Below are positions 22,911-33,028 of a DNA stretch of 64,000 nt, piece after piece. Each line of letters opens with the position of its first letter. Position 1 is the stretch's first letter. The DNA lies in the NCBI GenBank assembly GCA_963744145.1, contig CAVUSO010000001.1, forward strand, positions 3,232,001 through 3,296,000, given 5' to 3'. The notes under the pieces were generated by a model. That model was not told the origin of the DNA and did not search any database. It was given only the letters and a program-made list of their open reading frames with translations. The stretch is from an uncultured cyanobacterium (GTDB lineage Bacteria; Cyanobacteriota; Cyanobacteriia; Cyanobacteriales; CAWUOF01). A program made the translations under genes and the position numbers.

Positions 22911-25100
22911 CCCACATTCCGCACGTCAATTTGTAATATACTTTGTAACATATTTATCTGAGCATTTATACTCATGAATGACCGAAATTTTCCGCTCACC
23001 ACAGCACTAATTGGTCGGAAATCATCCTAGAAATAATAAGTACTTATGCTGATTAAAGTGACAGATATTGCCTTACCAAGTGTTGCTTTTGGCATTGCTA
23101 GCTGGTCAGATTGATCCTTCATTATGTAAAACACAAGAATACAAAGATAAAAAGAAGAATTATTAAAAAAATCTGAAAGAGCAAGTAAAAAAGTCAATCA
23201 AGGTATTTTTTTGATGAAAATTAGTGAATATAGCCATCAAAAAGTCAAGGAAGAAAATTTATTTCTCCCCATAATGAAGTGCTTCATTATCTCAGCGATT
23301 TTGCCCAGAAAACTAGGGAATTATTGATAATATCTTTGACAAGAAGTGGGTAAAAATTCTAACATAAAATTACGTTCTTCGGTCAAGTTAATAATTCTTT
23401 CAACTCCATTTAGAATCACAAAATGAATTCCTTGAAAACATTGAAATATCCATCTTAATGTCGGTCGGCTTGTTAATTTACCGACTTGATTTTTTACTCC
23501 AGTCTGAGTTCTAAGTAAATTCTTTCTTAGTTCTCTTTGACCAAGATTATAAACTAATAAACACATAGACATTAAAAATAAAATTGTCTCAACTCTTTGT
23601 GGTTTTTTGACAAAAAAACTATCGGCAAAAAATAAGGGGTCTTTGAGAAAACCAAATCCCCGCTCACATCCCTGTTGATTTTTATAACTTCTGAGAATTT
23701 CTGGAGATTTAATTTTTTCTGGTTCCAGAACATTTGTCGCTAAAATAAATCGACCTGCTTCTGATTTTTTCGGGTCTATTTCTGATAGTTTTGGCACGAC
23801 TTTTCCAGCTATCTGCCAGCTTTTTAATGATTTATATCCAGTTATAATCACATTGATTTCCTGGAGCTCAAAAAATTTTAGTGATTGATTTATTTCCGTT
23901 AGTTTAGTTCGAGCTTGAGCGATACTTTCAAATTTTTCATTTTGGAGTTTTTTGAGAATTTTTTCGGCTTTCTGTTGTGATTGCTGGAGTTGTTTCTCGA
24001 ACTTTTCTCGATCACTTTTTTTTCTTTTTTCACTTTCTACTATTAACCATCTTTGCTCTATATCTCCGTAATTTACTGTTTTTTCTTGCCACTTATATCC
24101 TTTGGCTTGTAAACCTTTAATCAAGTCTTTTTCGGGTTGAGGTAATTTTTCTAAATTCTCATATTTTTCCGGTTCTATCTCTTTAACTTGGATTAAATTT
24201 TTGGCTTGGGAAATAGTGCTTGGGACTCTAGTTATCCAGTTAAAATCCTTCATTATTTTTAGATTTTCCTCACTATATAAAGCACTATCAGCTACCAAAA
24301 TACTGTCTAAATTTAGTTGATTTTTAAATGAGCTAAAAACCTGGCCAAAGACAGCCTTATCTGCTTCATTGCCATCGGCGATTCGGATAAATAATGGGAT
24401 ATCCCCATCGCTACTTACCACCAAGTCTAATATACATTGCTTCAAGTCTGAACGATGATCACGAGAATATCCTTTAGTTATAAATATCGGTCTTTCTTTG
24501 ATGATATCTTCATTTTCTTGGTTGACTTTTTCATAATTATATTCCCCATGTAAATGAAATGATGTCGCATCTAAATGGGCATACTTTGATTCAATTTTAA
24601 ACTTGTTTATAGTTACTAATACGATTTCTACAAATAGCCTAGTTAATCCGTATTTATAGAGTTTATCCATCACTCTACCAAGTTTATCGTCGTTTAAATA
24701 TTCACTTTTAATATTTGGTCCTAGCAATTTTTCTATCGCTTTATCTGCAAAGAATTGACTAAATAAATATAAGGGTTTTGATACCATCCCTAGTCCATTC
24801 AAGAGCATCGCTTTTACTACTTGACCATTATCGATATTTGAGCGGCTATCCATTCCTAATTTATCATTGATTATTTCGACTATTCCTATTTCATCAATTA
24901 TCCCTGCCACTATTCCTAAGTGGTCTAGATTTTTGATTTGTATTTCTGATGAAGTAATCATTTTTTTGAAGTTTTTAGATTTTGGCTGACTTTCTGATCA
25001 TCTCATTTTTTTGCCCTGTGGTTATTTAAGTAATTATACTCATTAATGCTCTTGGCCTTTATGTAACTTTTATACTACATTTTGAAGTGCGGAATATGGG
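22911..25100 (-). mobile_element. IS1634-family insertion sequence
   Basis: TIRs CCCACATTCCGCAC / GTGCGGAATATGGG; 6-bp TSD TTGCAA at 22905-22910 and 25101-25106. Confidence 0.93.
23321..24961 (-). CDS. IS1634-family DDE transposase
   Basis: NLDHLGIVAGIIDEIG, HLDATSF, GYSRDHRSDLKQ, VADSALY and ERGFGFLKDP. Confidence 0.93.
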   Translation of the reverse strand: MITSSEIQIKNLDHLGIVAGIIDEIGIVEIINDKLGMDSRSNIDNGQVVKAMLLNGLGMVSKPLYLFSQFFADKAIEKLLGPNIKSEYLNDDKLGRVMDKLYKYGLTRLFVEIVLVTINKFKIESKYAHLDATSFHLHGEYNYEKVNQENEDIIKERPIFITKGYSRDHRSDLKQCILDLVVSSDGDIPLFIRIADGNEADKAVFGQVFSSFKNQLNLDSILVADSALYSEENLKIMKDFNWITRVPSTISQAKNLIQVKEIEPEKYENLEKLPQPEKDLIKGLQAKGYKWQEKTVNYGDIEQRWLIVESEKRKKSDREKFEKQLQQSQQKAEKILKKLQNEKFESIAQARTKLTEINQSLKFFELQEINVIITGYKSLKSWQIAGKVVPKLSEIDPKKSEAGRFILATNVLEPEKIKSPEILRSYKNQQGCERGFGFLKDPLFFADSFFVKKPQRVETILFLMSMCLLVYNLGQRELRKNLLRTQTGVKNQVGKLTSRPTLRWIFQCFQGIHFVILNGVERIINLTEERNFMLEFLPTSCQRYYQ

Positions 25101-25809
25101 TTGCAAAATATCCCAGGGTTAATTATTGAAAACAAACCTGATTTAGGCTGGACTGCAACATCAAATGAAAAGTTGCTTGAAGAACTAATCGAAAGGATGA
25201 TTGGTAAGTATATGGGGGCTAGTCCTAAAAAAGGAATTACCTATCGCTGGATTCCCAATCATCTTCAGGATGCTGGTGGTCGAATTGCACCACGTTCTTT
25301 TCTCAAGTTATTTGCATTAGCTGCACAAAGTCGAATCCAACAGCACTCTCTTGTTGAAGAAAACACTGTACTTTTGCTACCCTCTGACTTACAAGGGGCT
25401 TTAATGGAAACTTCAAATGATAGAATCAGGGAATTACAGGAAGAATATCCTTGGTTAGAATCTCTCAAGACGAGTTTAGATGGTCTGAACGCTCCCATGC
25501 AAAAAGAAATATTTTTTGATGCGGTAAAATCTACCCAATGGAGTTCTGAAAAACAACCACCTGTCACTACTCCTGAAGAAATTTTGAAATATTTACTTCA
25601 ACTTGGAATTGTAGAAAGTCGCTCTGATGGACGAATTAATATGCCTGAAATATATTTGTATGGATTTAATGTTAGCCGGAAAGGTGGGGTTAAACGCCCC
25701 CATTAGGATCAGACTGAAAATTAGGGAGCGCGATCGCCCATTTGTCAAACTGAGCGATCGCTTAAGAAGATTATTGGCAAATCGTTAAACAGCTAAACTA
25801 CAACGTTTA

Positions 25810-25965
25810 TTAAACAAAACGTCGCCCTACAAATATGTTGTAGATTAGCCCAATCAACGCTAAAATCAAAAGTACATGGATTAAGCTACCACCAACGTGA
25901 ATTGAAAATCCTAACAACCAGAGGAGTAAAAGCACACCAACAGCAGTCCAAATTAGATTTGACAT
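25810..25965 (-). CDS. lmo0937-like small membrane protein (51 aa)
   Basis: Manual: MSNLIWTAVGVLLLLWLLGFSIHVGGSLIHVLLILALIGLIYNIFVGRRFV. Confidence 0.82.
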   Translation of the reverse strand: MSNLIWTAVGVLLLLWLLGFSIHVGGSLIHVLLILALIGLIYNIFVGRRFV

Positions 25966-26105
25966 ATTTTTTCTCTTTTATTCAGATGAAATTGATTGAA
26001 AACTCAGTCAGACTAAAGGATGATTATACTCACAAAAGTGAATATTTTGATATGGAGCAAAAATCATCCTTGACTCAAATTATTGAGACGTTATTTAATC
26101 GCTCT

Positions 26106-26612
26106 TTAATTAAAGATATCTCGAACCTTATCTTTGATATCTTCTACGAAATTGCGAGTTCCGCTTTCAACTTGTTTAGCTTTGCCAACAACTTGATCTT
26201 TGCGGTTACCAGTAGCCTCACCGCTTGCTTCTTGAAATTTGCCTTCAAGGTTTTTTGTTACTGCTTTTGCTCTTCCTGTTAACTGGATGCTATCTTTAAT
26301 ATCTTCTGTTGCATTAATAGCCTGACTTTGGACTTGCTTGGCTTGTCCCATTAGCTGATCTTTGGGATCACCGGTGATGTCGCCGATCGCTTCTTGAACT
26401 TTGCCTTCAATATTCTTGGTAATTGCTACGATTTTATTATTCATTGTTGCCAATTGAGTCTGTGGTTGACTGATGAGTTCTGTGAGTGAATCAGCAGCCC
26501 AACTATTTGCATAGCCAAAACCAAAAGCTATTATAGTTCCAAGCACTACAGCTAAACTCATGGTGAAAAAAAAGCGCCGAAACTGTTGAATTAAACTCAT
26601 CCTTAACTCCAA
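26106..26612 (-). CDS. CsbD-family protein with two CsbD repeats and N-terminal signal/TM
   Basis: KNIEGKVQEAIGDITGDPKDQ and KNLEGKFQEASGEATGNRKDQ; start codon uncertain. Confidence 0.85.
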   Translation of the reverse strand: MELRMSLIQQFRRFFFTMSLAVVLGTIIAFGFGYANSWAADSLTELISQPQTQLATMNNKIVAITKNIEGKVQEAIGDITGDPKDQLMGQAKQVQSQAINATEDIKDSIQLTGRAKAVTKNLEGKFQEASGEATGNRKDQVVGKAKQVESGTRNFVEDIKDKVRDIFN

Positions 26613-26842
26613 AAAATAATTTGATAGATCAATCAGATATGGATGATCAACTACTAGGGTCTAATCCCTCTTGAGAAAAACATTTTTAAGTACCTTACGG
26701 TGTATTCTTATCGAAGAATACACCGCTTTGTACTCAGGTTTTATTGATCTCAAAAGAAGCTATTCCTGGAAGAGTAGTTCATCAGAAAACAGGGTTTCAA
26801 TTATTTGTATGAATGGCGATCGCTATTCATACAAATAACCTA

Positions 26843-27025
26843 CTAGTCAATAGTTTTTTTGACTTCATCTTTCACATCTTCGACAGCGTGGCTAACTTTT
26901 GCCTCTGCTTGTTTTTCCTTGCCCTCTATCTGATCTTGAGGATCACCAGTCACATTACCTACTGTTTCTTGAGCTTTACCTTCGATATTTTTGGCGGTTG
27001 CCTTAGCTTTATTTTGTAAACTCAT
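26843..27025 (-). CDS. CsbD-family protein
   Basis: MSLQNKAKATAKNIEGKAQETVGNVTGDPQDQIEGK. Confidence 0.9.
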   Translation of the reverse strand: MSLQNKAKATAKNIEGKAQETVGNVTGDPQDQIEGKEKQAEAKVSHAVEDVKDEVKKTID

Positions 27026-27112
27026 GATATGTTCCTTGTTGAATTTGTTGAATTTGTTGAATTTGAGAACTGCTTACTTGAGCTAACGAATCTGCTGCTG
27101 ATATTAGAGATA

Positions 27113-27268
27113 TCAGAGGACACGTCGCCTGATAAATAAGTTGTAAACAATGCCAATCAGGACCAAAATTAAAAGGAGGTGGATTAAGCTACCACCAAGG
27201 TGAATTGAGAATCCTAATGCCCAGAGAAAGAGAAGCACAATGACAGCAGTCCAAACCAGATCAAACAT
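27113..27268 (-). CDS. lmo0937-like small membrane protein (51 aa)
   Basis: Manual: MFDLVWTAVIVLLFLWALGFSIHLGGSLIHLLLILVLIGIVYNLFIRRRVL; RBS AAGGA. Confidence 0.82.
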   Translation of the reverse strand: MFDLVWTAVIVLLFLWALGFSIHLGGSLIHLLLILVLIGIVYNLFIRRRVL

Positions 27269-27399
27269 ATTTTCCTTTTTGATTCAGATCCAATTGATGA
27301 AACTTTGTCACCAAAGAAGCTATTCCTTGAGCAAAAGTTTCTACGAAAGTAGGGTTACAACTATTGGTCTAAATAGTGATCGCCGCAACAAATAACCTA

Positions 27400-27582
27400 C
27401 TAGTCAATATTTTTTTTGACTTCCTCTTTCATATCTTCAATAGTATGATGAACTTTTGCCTGTGCCTGTTTTTGCTTGCCCTCTATCTGATCCTTAGGAT
27501 CACCAGTTAGATCACCTATTGCTTCTTGAACTTTACCCTCGATATTTTTGGCGGTGGCTTTAGCTCTATCTTGTAAACTCAT
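27400..27582 (-). CDS. CsbD-family protein
   Basis: MSLQDRAKATAKNIEGKVQEAIGDLTGDPKDQ; RBS AAGGAG before ATG at 27582. Confidence 0.9.
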   Translation of the reverse strand: MSLQDRAKATAKNIEGKVQEAIGDLTGDPKDQIEGKQKQAQAKVHHTIEDMKEEVKKNID

Positions 27583-27904
27583 GATGCGCTCCTTATGGAA
27601 TTTATTAAACCTGCTAATAAGGTTTAGTATGACATCCTGTTGGTAAAAATTATGTTTAATCAAGGGTTTAATTTATGTATAATTTGTATAGGTTGTACTG
27701 AATAGATTTAATTCGTTACAAAAACTGACATTTGATCATCTAAAAATAGAACTATATGGGACGGTAAACCTGGTTATTTTTGATATTAATAAGGTGATAA
27801 AACATGGAGAAAAATTTATCATGATTAGCTGAATTTTTAGCTAGTAAATATTTGTTTAAATGACTTATAATATAAGTAGAAAATTTATGAGAGGACATCC
27901 ATCT

Positions 27905-28213
27905 ATGCCCTACACCGATCAAGAAAAGAAAACCCTCAATCTGGATAAACATCATCCTAGTGATGGCAGTGAGCTAATCCCCGCTGAAGTCCAATCCAAT
28001 TCCCATCCTGATGGCAGTAAATTGCCTGATGGCTCTCTCCCCCCTGGCTACACCATAGATGATGAGGGAATCGAAAATAACTATGCAATTGAGCCTGATA
28101 TGTCATTCACAAAGTATCCCTCGCCAAAACAGCAGCAGCGTTATATTTTCTTAGGAATAGGAGCGCTCTTTTTTGTTGCCCTGCTTGTGCTGATTGCATA
28201 TATTGCCAGCTAA
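27905..28213 (+). CDS. Psb34/Ssl1498-like single-TM protein
   Basis: YTIDDEGIENNYAIEP...YPSPKQQQRYIFLG plus C-terminal TM. Confidence 0.75.
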   Translation: MPYTDQEKKTLNLDKHHPSDGSELIPAEVQSNSHPDGSKLPDGSLPPGYTIDDEGIENNYAIEPDMSFTKYPSPKQQQRYIFLGIGALFFVALLVLIAYIAS

Positions 28214-28435
28214 TCGTACCAATAGTAGATCGAAGGCAGTTTAGATATCTAGCTCTTGCCTTCGATTAACTGGGGGCATTGTAAGTGTTTTGCTCAAAAG
28301 TCTGCGATCGCAATACTCCCAGTACCGATCCCAGTCCTCTCTTTTAACTGAACACATAATTACAGCGACATTTTTAGTTTTTGGGTCAAATTTAATTTTA
28401 CGAGAGACTTCATATCCATTCATATGGGGCATCTC

Positions 28436-29892
28436 CAGGGTTAGCGCATCTAATTTTGTCACCGAGGATACAGAATATTTTCATCAAATATGAAATATAG
28501 CCATCGAGATCAGAACATCACAAATCTGGTAGAGAAAATAGTTGACAAAAGAGCATAGAGAGTGGTAGGTGAAAAACTATACCGTCCAACTCATAATCTC
28601 CAGGAATATTCAAATGTCTCAAGGGTTCGATATCAATATAGCTAATGCTAAACAAAACTCCCATTCTGCTAGGAAAAACCAAGTAGTAGCTGACTTGATG
28701 GAAATACAACAGAGTTTAGTCAAGCATTTTGAAGATGTTGAAGACCCGAGAGTAAACCGAACAAAAAAACACTTATTGATAGACATTTTAGTGATGGCAA
28801 TTCTGGCCATAATAGCTGGAGCACAAGGCTGGGAAGACATTGAGAATTATGGGATTAGTAAACAAATTTGGCTAGAAGAGTTTTTAGAATTACCCAATGG
28901 TATTCCCTCAGATGATACCTTTCGTCGAGTATTTGAAAGTATTAACCCCAACCAATTGGAGCAATGTTTTCAAGCTTGGGTAAACACCTTAGTTACTCAA
29001 ATGGGAGGAGAAGTAATTGCCATAGATGGGAAGACTGTCAGAGGTTCCTATGACCGAAATCAAGGACAATCAGCATTACATTTGATTAGTGCGTGGGCTA
29101 GTGAACAACGATTAGTTTTAGCACAAATGAAAGTCCAAGATAAATCCAATGAAATTACAGCTATTCCAGCATTACTAGAGTTACTTGATATCGCTGGCTC
29201 AATTATTACTATTGATGCGATGGGGACCCAAACCGAAATTGCTCAAAAGATTATTGATAAAAAAGCTGATTATATTCTGACACTTAAAGCCAATCATCCA
29301 ACTTTACATAATCAGGTACAACAATTCTTCCAAACTGCACAGAAAAATAATTTTTCAGGAATTGATTTCACTCATGACAAACGGATTGAGAAAGGGCATC
29401 ATCGGGTGGAAATTCGTGAAGTTTGGGTGCTCCCTATTACGGCCATTCCTGACCTTTACCAACCCAAATTATGGGCAGGTTTAAAAAGTATTGTCATCAT
29501 TCATCGTATCCGTCATCTTTGGAACAAAACTACTTGCGAGACTCAATACTATCTTACTTCTTTAGACAACAATGCTGAATTCATAGGTCGAGCTATTCGT
29601 CAACATTGGGAAATCGAAAATTCTGCACACTGGACTTTAGATTGTACTTTTTTTGAAGATAGCTGTCGCATTCGTTCTTTTCACAGTCCTCGTAACTTTT
29701 CTCTGCTCAGACGATTAGCTCTCAACGCTCTTAATCGCGAGTCAACTTACAAACGCAGTTTACGCCAGAAAAGTAAACGCGCTGCTATGGATAATAATTA
29801 TATGCTCCAAATCCTCCTTTCTTGTTTCTCTGAGTCTACATTAGATCCTTCTTAATCCTTGTGTCAAGCCTAATTGAGATGCTCTTACCCTG
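28436..29892 (+). mobile_element. ISAs1-family IS, copy 1 (1457 bp)
   Basis: TIRs CAGGGTTAGCGCATCT / AGATGCTCTTACCCTG; TSD GGCATCTC at 28428-28435 and 29893-29900. Confidence 0.94.
28569..29855 (+). CDS. ISAs1-family transposase
   Basis: NGIPSDDTFRRV, IAIDGKTVRGS, KSNEITAIP, TIDAMGTQ and RQHWEIEN; true start probably downstream. Confidence 0.95.
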   Translation: MKNYTVQLIISRNIQMSQGFDINIANAKQNSHSARKNQVVADLMEIQQSLVKHFEDVEDPRVNRTKKHLLIDILVMAILAIIAGAQGWEDIENYGISKQIWLEEFLELPNGIPSDDTFRRVFESINPNQLEQCFQAWVNTLVTQMGGEVIAIDGKTVRGSYDRNQGQSALHLISAWASEQRLVLAQMKVQDKSNEITAIPALLELLDIAGSIITIDAMGTQTEIAQKIIDKKADYILTLKANHPTLHNQVQQFFQTAQKNNFSGIDFTHDKRIEKGHHRVEIREVWVLPITAIPDLYQPKLWAGLKSIVIIHRIRHLWNKTTCETQYYLTSLDNNAEFIGRAIRQHWEIENSAHWTLDCTFFEDSCRIRSFHSPRNFSLLRRLALNALNRESTYKRSLRQKSKRAAMDNNYMLQILLSCFSESTLDPS

Positions 29893-30337
29893 GGCATCTC
29901 AACATCCAGAACTATTAATTCTGGACATTGAGTTTTAATTTGCTCATAATTTTACCTTCTCCTTTGTCAGTCTTAGGGCAGCGTATTTTTATCTGGCTCT
30001 CAGCTTTTTTAAGAGCTTACCCTTTTTTGAGAACTTTTCTATCAGGAAGACTCGATTTTAAGTTGCTAAATCTAAATCTGAAAATGGCGATCGCACCTGA
30101 AGAATTCCCAAAAATTGCTGATGATGAGCAACAGTTTGGAGTAACGATCAAAAGGGATACAAATATTAATGACTTTGCTAATAAATGCGTTTTCATCTTT
30201 AAGTGATTTTAATCACACCCATTCAGGATCAGCGATCACAGAACACAGGTAAAAAAATCACTCCCTTAACAGATACAAATCATATTAATTCTTAGGTTTT
30301 GATTAGATGATAGAAGAGTAAAGTTCAGGTTAAAGAA

Positions 30338-30523
30338 ATGACTACTAATTGCATCGATACTCTAAACTACATCTTGCTTAACTCAAGCCATGAAAAGATT
30401 ATGACCTCAGCACAGTATGAGTTTGTGCTAAAGACTATCACATCCGACCTCAATCCTGAATTACAAACATTGTTGAAAAGGTTGCAACATAGAATTCGGC
30501 GTGGTTGGGTAACAGTTACATAG
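30338..30523 (+). CDS. Small hypothetical protein
   Basis: 61-aa ORF ending LKRLQHRIRRGWVTV, resembling small cyanobacterial proteins. Confidence 0.5.
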   Translation: MTTNCIDTLNYILLNSSHEKIMTSAQYEFVLKTITSDLNPELQTLLKRLQHRIRRGWVTVT

Positions 30524-30585
30524 TTGGAGCGATCACTTATCCCGGAAATATAGACTTAGTAGAGGGCAATCCTAAAGGTAACTTG

Positions 30586-30912
30586 ATGAAATTGTTGTTT
30601 ATTTGCAGTAAGAACCGATTACGAAGTCCAACCGCTGAAATTGTATTTGCTGAGTATGAAGGATTAGAAGTAGATTCAGCAGGATTAGATCCAGAAGCAG
30701 AAACACCTTTAAGTAGTGAAGCGATCCGGTGGGCTGATATTATTTTTGTGATGGAAAAGTCTCATCAGCGGAAACTCTCAAGAAATTTTCAGTCTTGGCT
30801 TAAACAAAAACGAGTGGTATGTCTGAATATACCTGATGATTATGAATACATGGAATCTGCTTTGGTGGAGTTGTTGAAGAAAAAGGTATTGCCTCTATTG
30901 GGGACTTTTTAA
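30586..30912 (+). CDS. Low-molecular-weight protein-tyrosine-phosphatase family protein
   Basis: MKLLFICSKNRLRSPTAE (CX5R), WADIIFVME and CLNIPDDYEYM. Confidence 0.9.
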   Translation: MKLLFICSKNRLRSPTAEIVFAEYEGLEVDSAGLDPEAETPLSSEAIRWADIIFVMEKSHQRKLSRNFQSWLKQKRVVCLNIPDDYEYMESALVELLKKKVLPLLGTF

Positions 30913-31237
30913 AGACTTATATTTCAATGTTCTAATTTTAGTGCTAAATTAGCTCGCCATATTCCCGAAAGTAGAAATAGTAAATATTTTTAGGCGATCG
31001 CTATATTTAATTCGGCTTCTGCGGGTCACTATTTATTGATGAGTTAGCAAGGTCTGTCATAGTCTGTAATGCTTCATTTGGATTTCGAGAAACATTCATT
31101 TGTATACTATACAGCACATCATCTTGTACCCATTCAATTGCTGGAGGAGAGCAAGATCCACCACAGCTTAAAGATTTGTAATAGCCTGTAATGTTTTGAG
31201 ATAGTTGAACAGCTTGATCGAATTGATACTCTCAGGT

Positions 31238-32542
31238 CTAAAGACACTGAGATTCTTGAAGAGTCCAGATCCTGAACTTCAAAGGCGCGTACAAGACACC
31301 TCTACTGATTTCACTTAGGACTAGCCCAAGCTCCACCGCTACTTTTCTTAAAATGTTGGCTGCACCATTGCAATCGGCATTTATCTTAGTGCCTTTGGAA
31401 CTGAGATAGGAACCACGGCTAACTCTTTTTCCTGATGCTGTCCATCCTGCGGGTTTTTCACCGTAAGTTGGGATGGGATCAGCATCTAAAAAACTAGCCT
31501 TGCTGGTATAACTTTCTTCAGTTTCGGCAAACTTAATGCCAAACAACTCACAAAGTTCTTGAATTCTTGCTTTAAGCCTAGCCGTAGGGATTTGGACAAA
31601 GTTTTGATTGTTCTTTTTGCCTAACTCTATCCCATCTTTTTGACTTTTATTCCAACCAAAAACTAAAGTTCCTATCCCATTATTTAAACAATGGTTTATC
31701 ACTATCCGAGCCGCTTTGTTGATAGCGTCCCTCATTTGTCTATTACGTTTCTCCGTCATTGCAGCTAAACGATTAGACCAAAAACCTTCGGGTTTATTAG
31801 CTTTAAGTTTGGCGACCTGTTTGTTGTACCATTGATTGACTGACTTTAGGTGTTTGCCATCAATAATAAAACTTGTCCCTACATTACTAACGGCTGTCAA
31901 CCAGTTATTCAAACCGTGGTCTATCCCCAAACATTTAGCTGGGTCTAGGACAGGTTTTTCGACTAGAACTGGGTAGATAAACTCAGCATAAAAGCAACCG
32001 TTTCTAGGGAGTATCCTGACCTCTCTAAGAGACTCAAAATCTAGGTTAGTTGGCATTGGTAGGAAAAATTCTTTGATGCCAAACCAAGCATTGACCTGTA
32101 ATCCTAAAGGGAATCTAATCTTTCCATCAATTAACCTTAGTGACCGTTTAGGATAGGCAACTAATTGATACCCCGGTTTTCGATAATTGGGTAGTTTGGG
32201 TCTAGTTTCAAGTTGACCACTTAGCCACAACCCCCGTAACTTGGCAAAAGAGCTAATTGACTCTCCCACTGAGATACAAGTTTGCACTGCTGCATCTGAG
32301 GGTAGTGCAGAGAAATGCACATTTTCCGTAAGATTCCTTACTATGTCAAACTTGGTGACGTATTGGTGAGCTTTAAACCACATTTGACGCGCATAGTAGG
32401 TAGCACAATTGTGGAGTTTGTTCGACTCCGAGCAAATAAATTCAAGAATTGCTTTTAACTCTGGTTCAGCATTGATCAAATTTTGCTGAACACCTAACGG
32501 TACTTTGGTTTTTTTTGGCGTCTTACTTCTAGCTTTAGCCAC
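31238..32542 (-). CDS. tnpB: RNA-guided endonuclease TnpB
   Basis: GIDHGLNN (RuvC-I), TEESYTSKAS and INADCNGAANI (RuvC-III). Confidence 0.93.
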   Translation of the reverse strand: MAKARSKTPKKTKVPLGVQQNLINAEPELKAILEFICSESNKLHNCATYYARQMWFKAHQYVTKFDIVRNLTENVHFSALPSDAAVQTCISVGESISSFAKLRGLWLSGQLETRPKLPNYRKPGYQLVAYPKRSLRLIDGKIRFPLGLQVNAWFGIKEFFLPMPTNLDFESLREVRILPRNGCFYAEFIYPVLVEKPVLDPAKCLGIDHGLNNWLTAVSNVGTSFIIDGKHLKSVNQWYNKQVAKLKANKPEGFWSNRLAAMTEKRNRQMRDAINKAARIVINHCLNNGIGTLVFGWNKSQKDGIELGKKNNQNFVQIPTARLKARIQELCELFGIKFAETEESYTSKASFLDADPIPTYGEKPAGWTASGKRVSRGSYLSSKGTKINADCNGAANILRKVAVELGLVLSEISRGVLYAPLKFRIWTLQESQCL

Positions 32543-32620
32543 TTTCTTTCCTTTTCTATCTTGTTATTAACAGCATAACGTAGTATAGTTGATTTGTCAA
32601 CTTATATCTACAATCTTTTT

Positions 32621-33028
32621 ATGCTAAATTTACCGGAATACAAAACCCACAATCACGTCAAGTTCCTGCTTAACTACCATTTTGTATTTATCCCTAAGCG
32701 TCGCCGTCCAGTTCTAGTCGGCGATATAGCAACTAGAATCCGTCAGATATTTTTAGCTTTGGCAATAGAGAAAGGTTGGGATATTTTAGCCTTAGAAGTT
32801 GCCCCAGATCATGTACATCTATTTGTGGCAGTTAAACCGACAGACACCCCCGCACTGGTGGTTAAAGCATTTAAAGGAAGGTCAAGTAATTATCTAAGAA
32901 AAGAGTTTCCACAATTATTAAAATTACCTAGTCTTTGGACAAGCAGTTATTTTGTAAGCACAGCAGGTAATATTAGTAGTGAAGTGGTTAAGAAATACAT
33001 AGAAGACCCACACCACTCCGCTAATTGA
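32621..33028 (+). CDS. tnpA: IS200/IS605 HUH (Y1) transposase
   Basis: YHFVFIPKRR, PDHVHLF, LWTSSYFVST and KKYIE. Confidence 0.94.
   Translation: MLNLPEYKTHNHVKFLLNYHFVFIPKRRRPVLVGDIATRIRQIFLALAIEKGWDILALEVAPDHVHLFVAVKPTDTPALVVKAFKGRSSNYLRKEFPQLLKLPSLWTSSYFVSTAGNISSEVVKKYIEDPHHSAN

Larger units (their letters stand above)
21999..25706 (+). pseudogene. P-loop NTPase (Sll1717-like) interrupted by IS1634
   Basis: Walker A GGRGVGKT, Walker B FVTYDELD; removing the IS and one TTGCAA copy rejoins EMTEYLQ|NIPGLII in frame (~503 aa). Confidence 0.88.
28241..29950 (-). pseudogene. CheY/PilH-like response regulator fragment split by ISAs1
   Basis: Rejoined across the IS: YEQIKTQCPELIVLDVEMP|HMNGYEVSRKIKFDPKTKNVAVIMCSVK; N-terminus not found. 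Confidence 0.75.

Noticed and set aside
25902..26282. 126-aa plus-strand ORF
   Set aside because: Overlaps the CsbD and small membrane protein genes on the opposite strand
29928..30206. 92-aa ORF next to ISAs1
   Set aside because: TTG start, no recognisable motif, partly antisense to the response-regulator remnant
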